Shown here one piece after another: positions 63,956 through 64,000 of a DNA stretch of 64,000 nt. Each line of letters opens with the position of its first letter. Position 1 is the stretch's first letter. The translations under genes and the position numbers were made by a program. The stretch covers positions 1 through 64,000 of the forward strand of contig CAVWVQ010000004.1 of NCBI GenBank assembly GCA_963758525.1. The letters run 5' to 3'. The notes under the pieces were generated by a model. That model did not search any database, was not told the origin of the DNA, and saw only the letters and a list, made by a program, of their open reading frames with translations. The DNA comes from an uncultured Phycisphaerales bacterium. Lineage in GTDB: Bacteria > Planctomycetota > Phycisphaerae > Tepidisphaerales > Tepidisphaeraceae.

Positions 63956-64000
63956 AATCTTCTCAAGCTGAGAAGAAACGAATGGGTTGCGGCGCAGATT

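Overview
GC-rich bacterial DNA. The gene content (four prepilin-type DUF1559-like genes, DUF6797-like proteins, a CxxCGYDLR zinc-ribbon protein, many secreted CAZymes) points to Planctomycetota, probably Phycisphaerae/Tepidisphaerales; this is inferred, not shown. Most of the window is a polysaccharide-degradation region: GH-A, GH95-like, GH106, GH2, GH52, two GH92, GH29, a sialate O-acetylesterase, PL4, PL26-like, GH38, GH130 and a GH63-like enzyme, plus an MFS transporter and an oxidoreductase. A patchwork stretch at about 15.8-26.9 kb holds three toxin-antitoxin-like modules (two damaged), an RHS remnant and a LigC/primase-polymerase pair. Several palindromic repeat families are present, some inside open reading frames. 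About ten genes are split by single-base frameshifts that look like long-read errors, mostly at GCGC contexts. The best unexplained signal is a shared promoter architecture, GTGACAAA-N13-GTGACAAA-N7-(-35)-N16-(-10), upstream of pilin-like and DUF6797-like genes. It suggests a co-regulated module of pilin-like protein, DUF6797-like protein and multiheme cytochrome. No tRNA, rRNA, cas or transposase gene was recognised. All family calls are from motif recognition by eye, without database searches.
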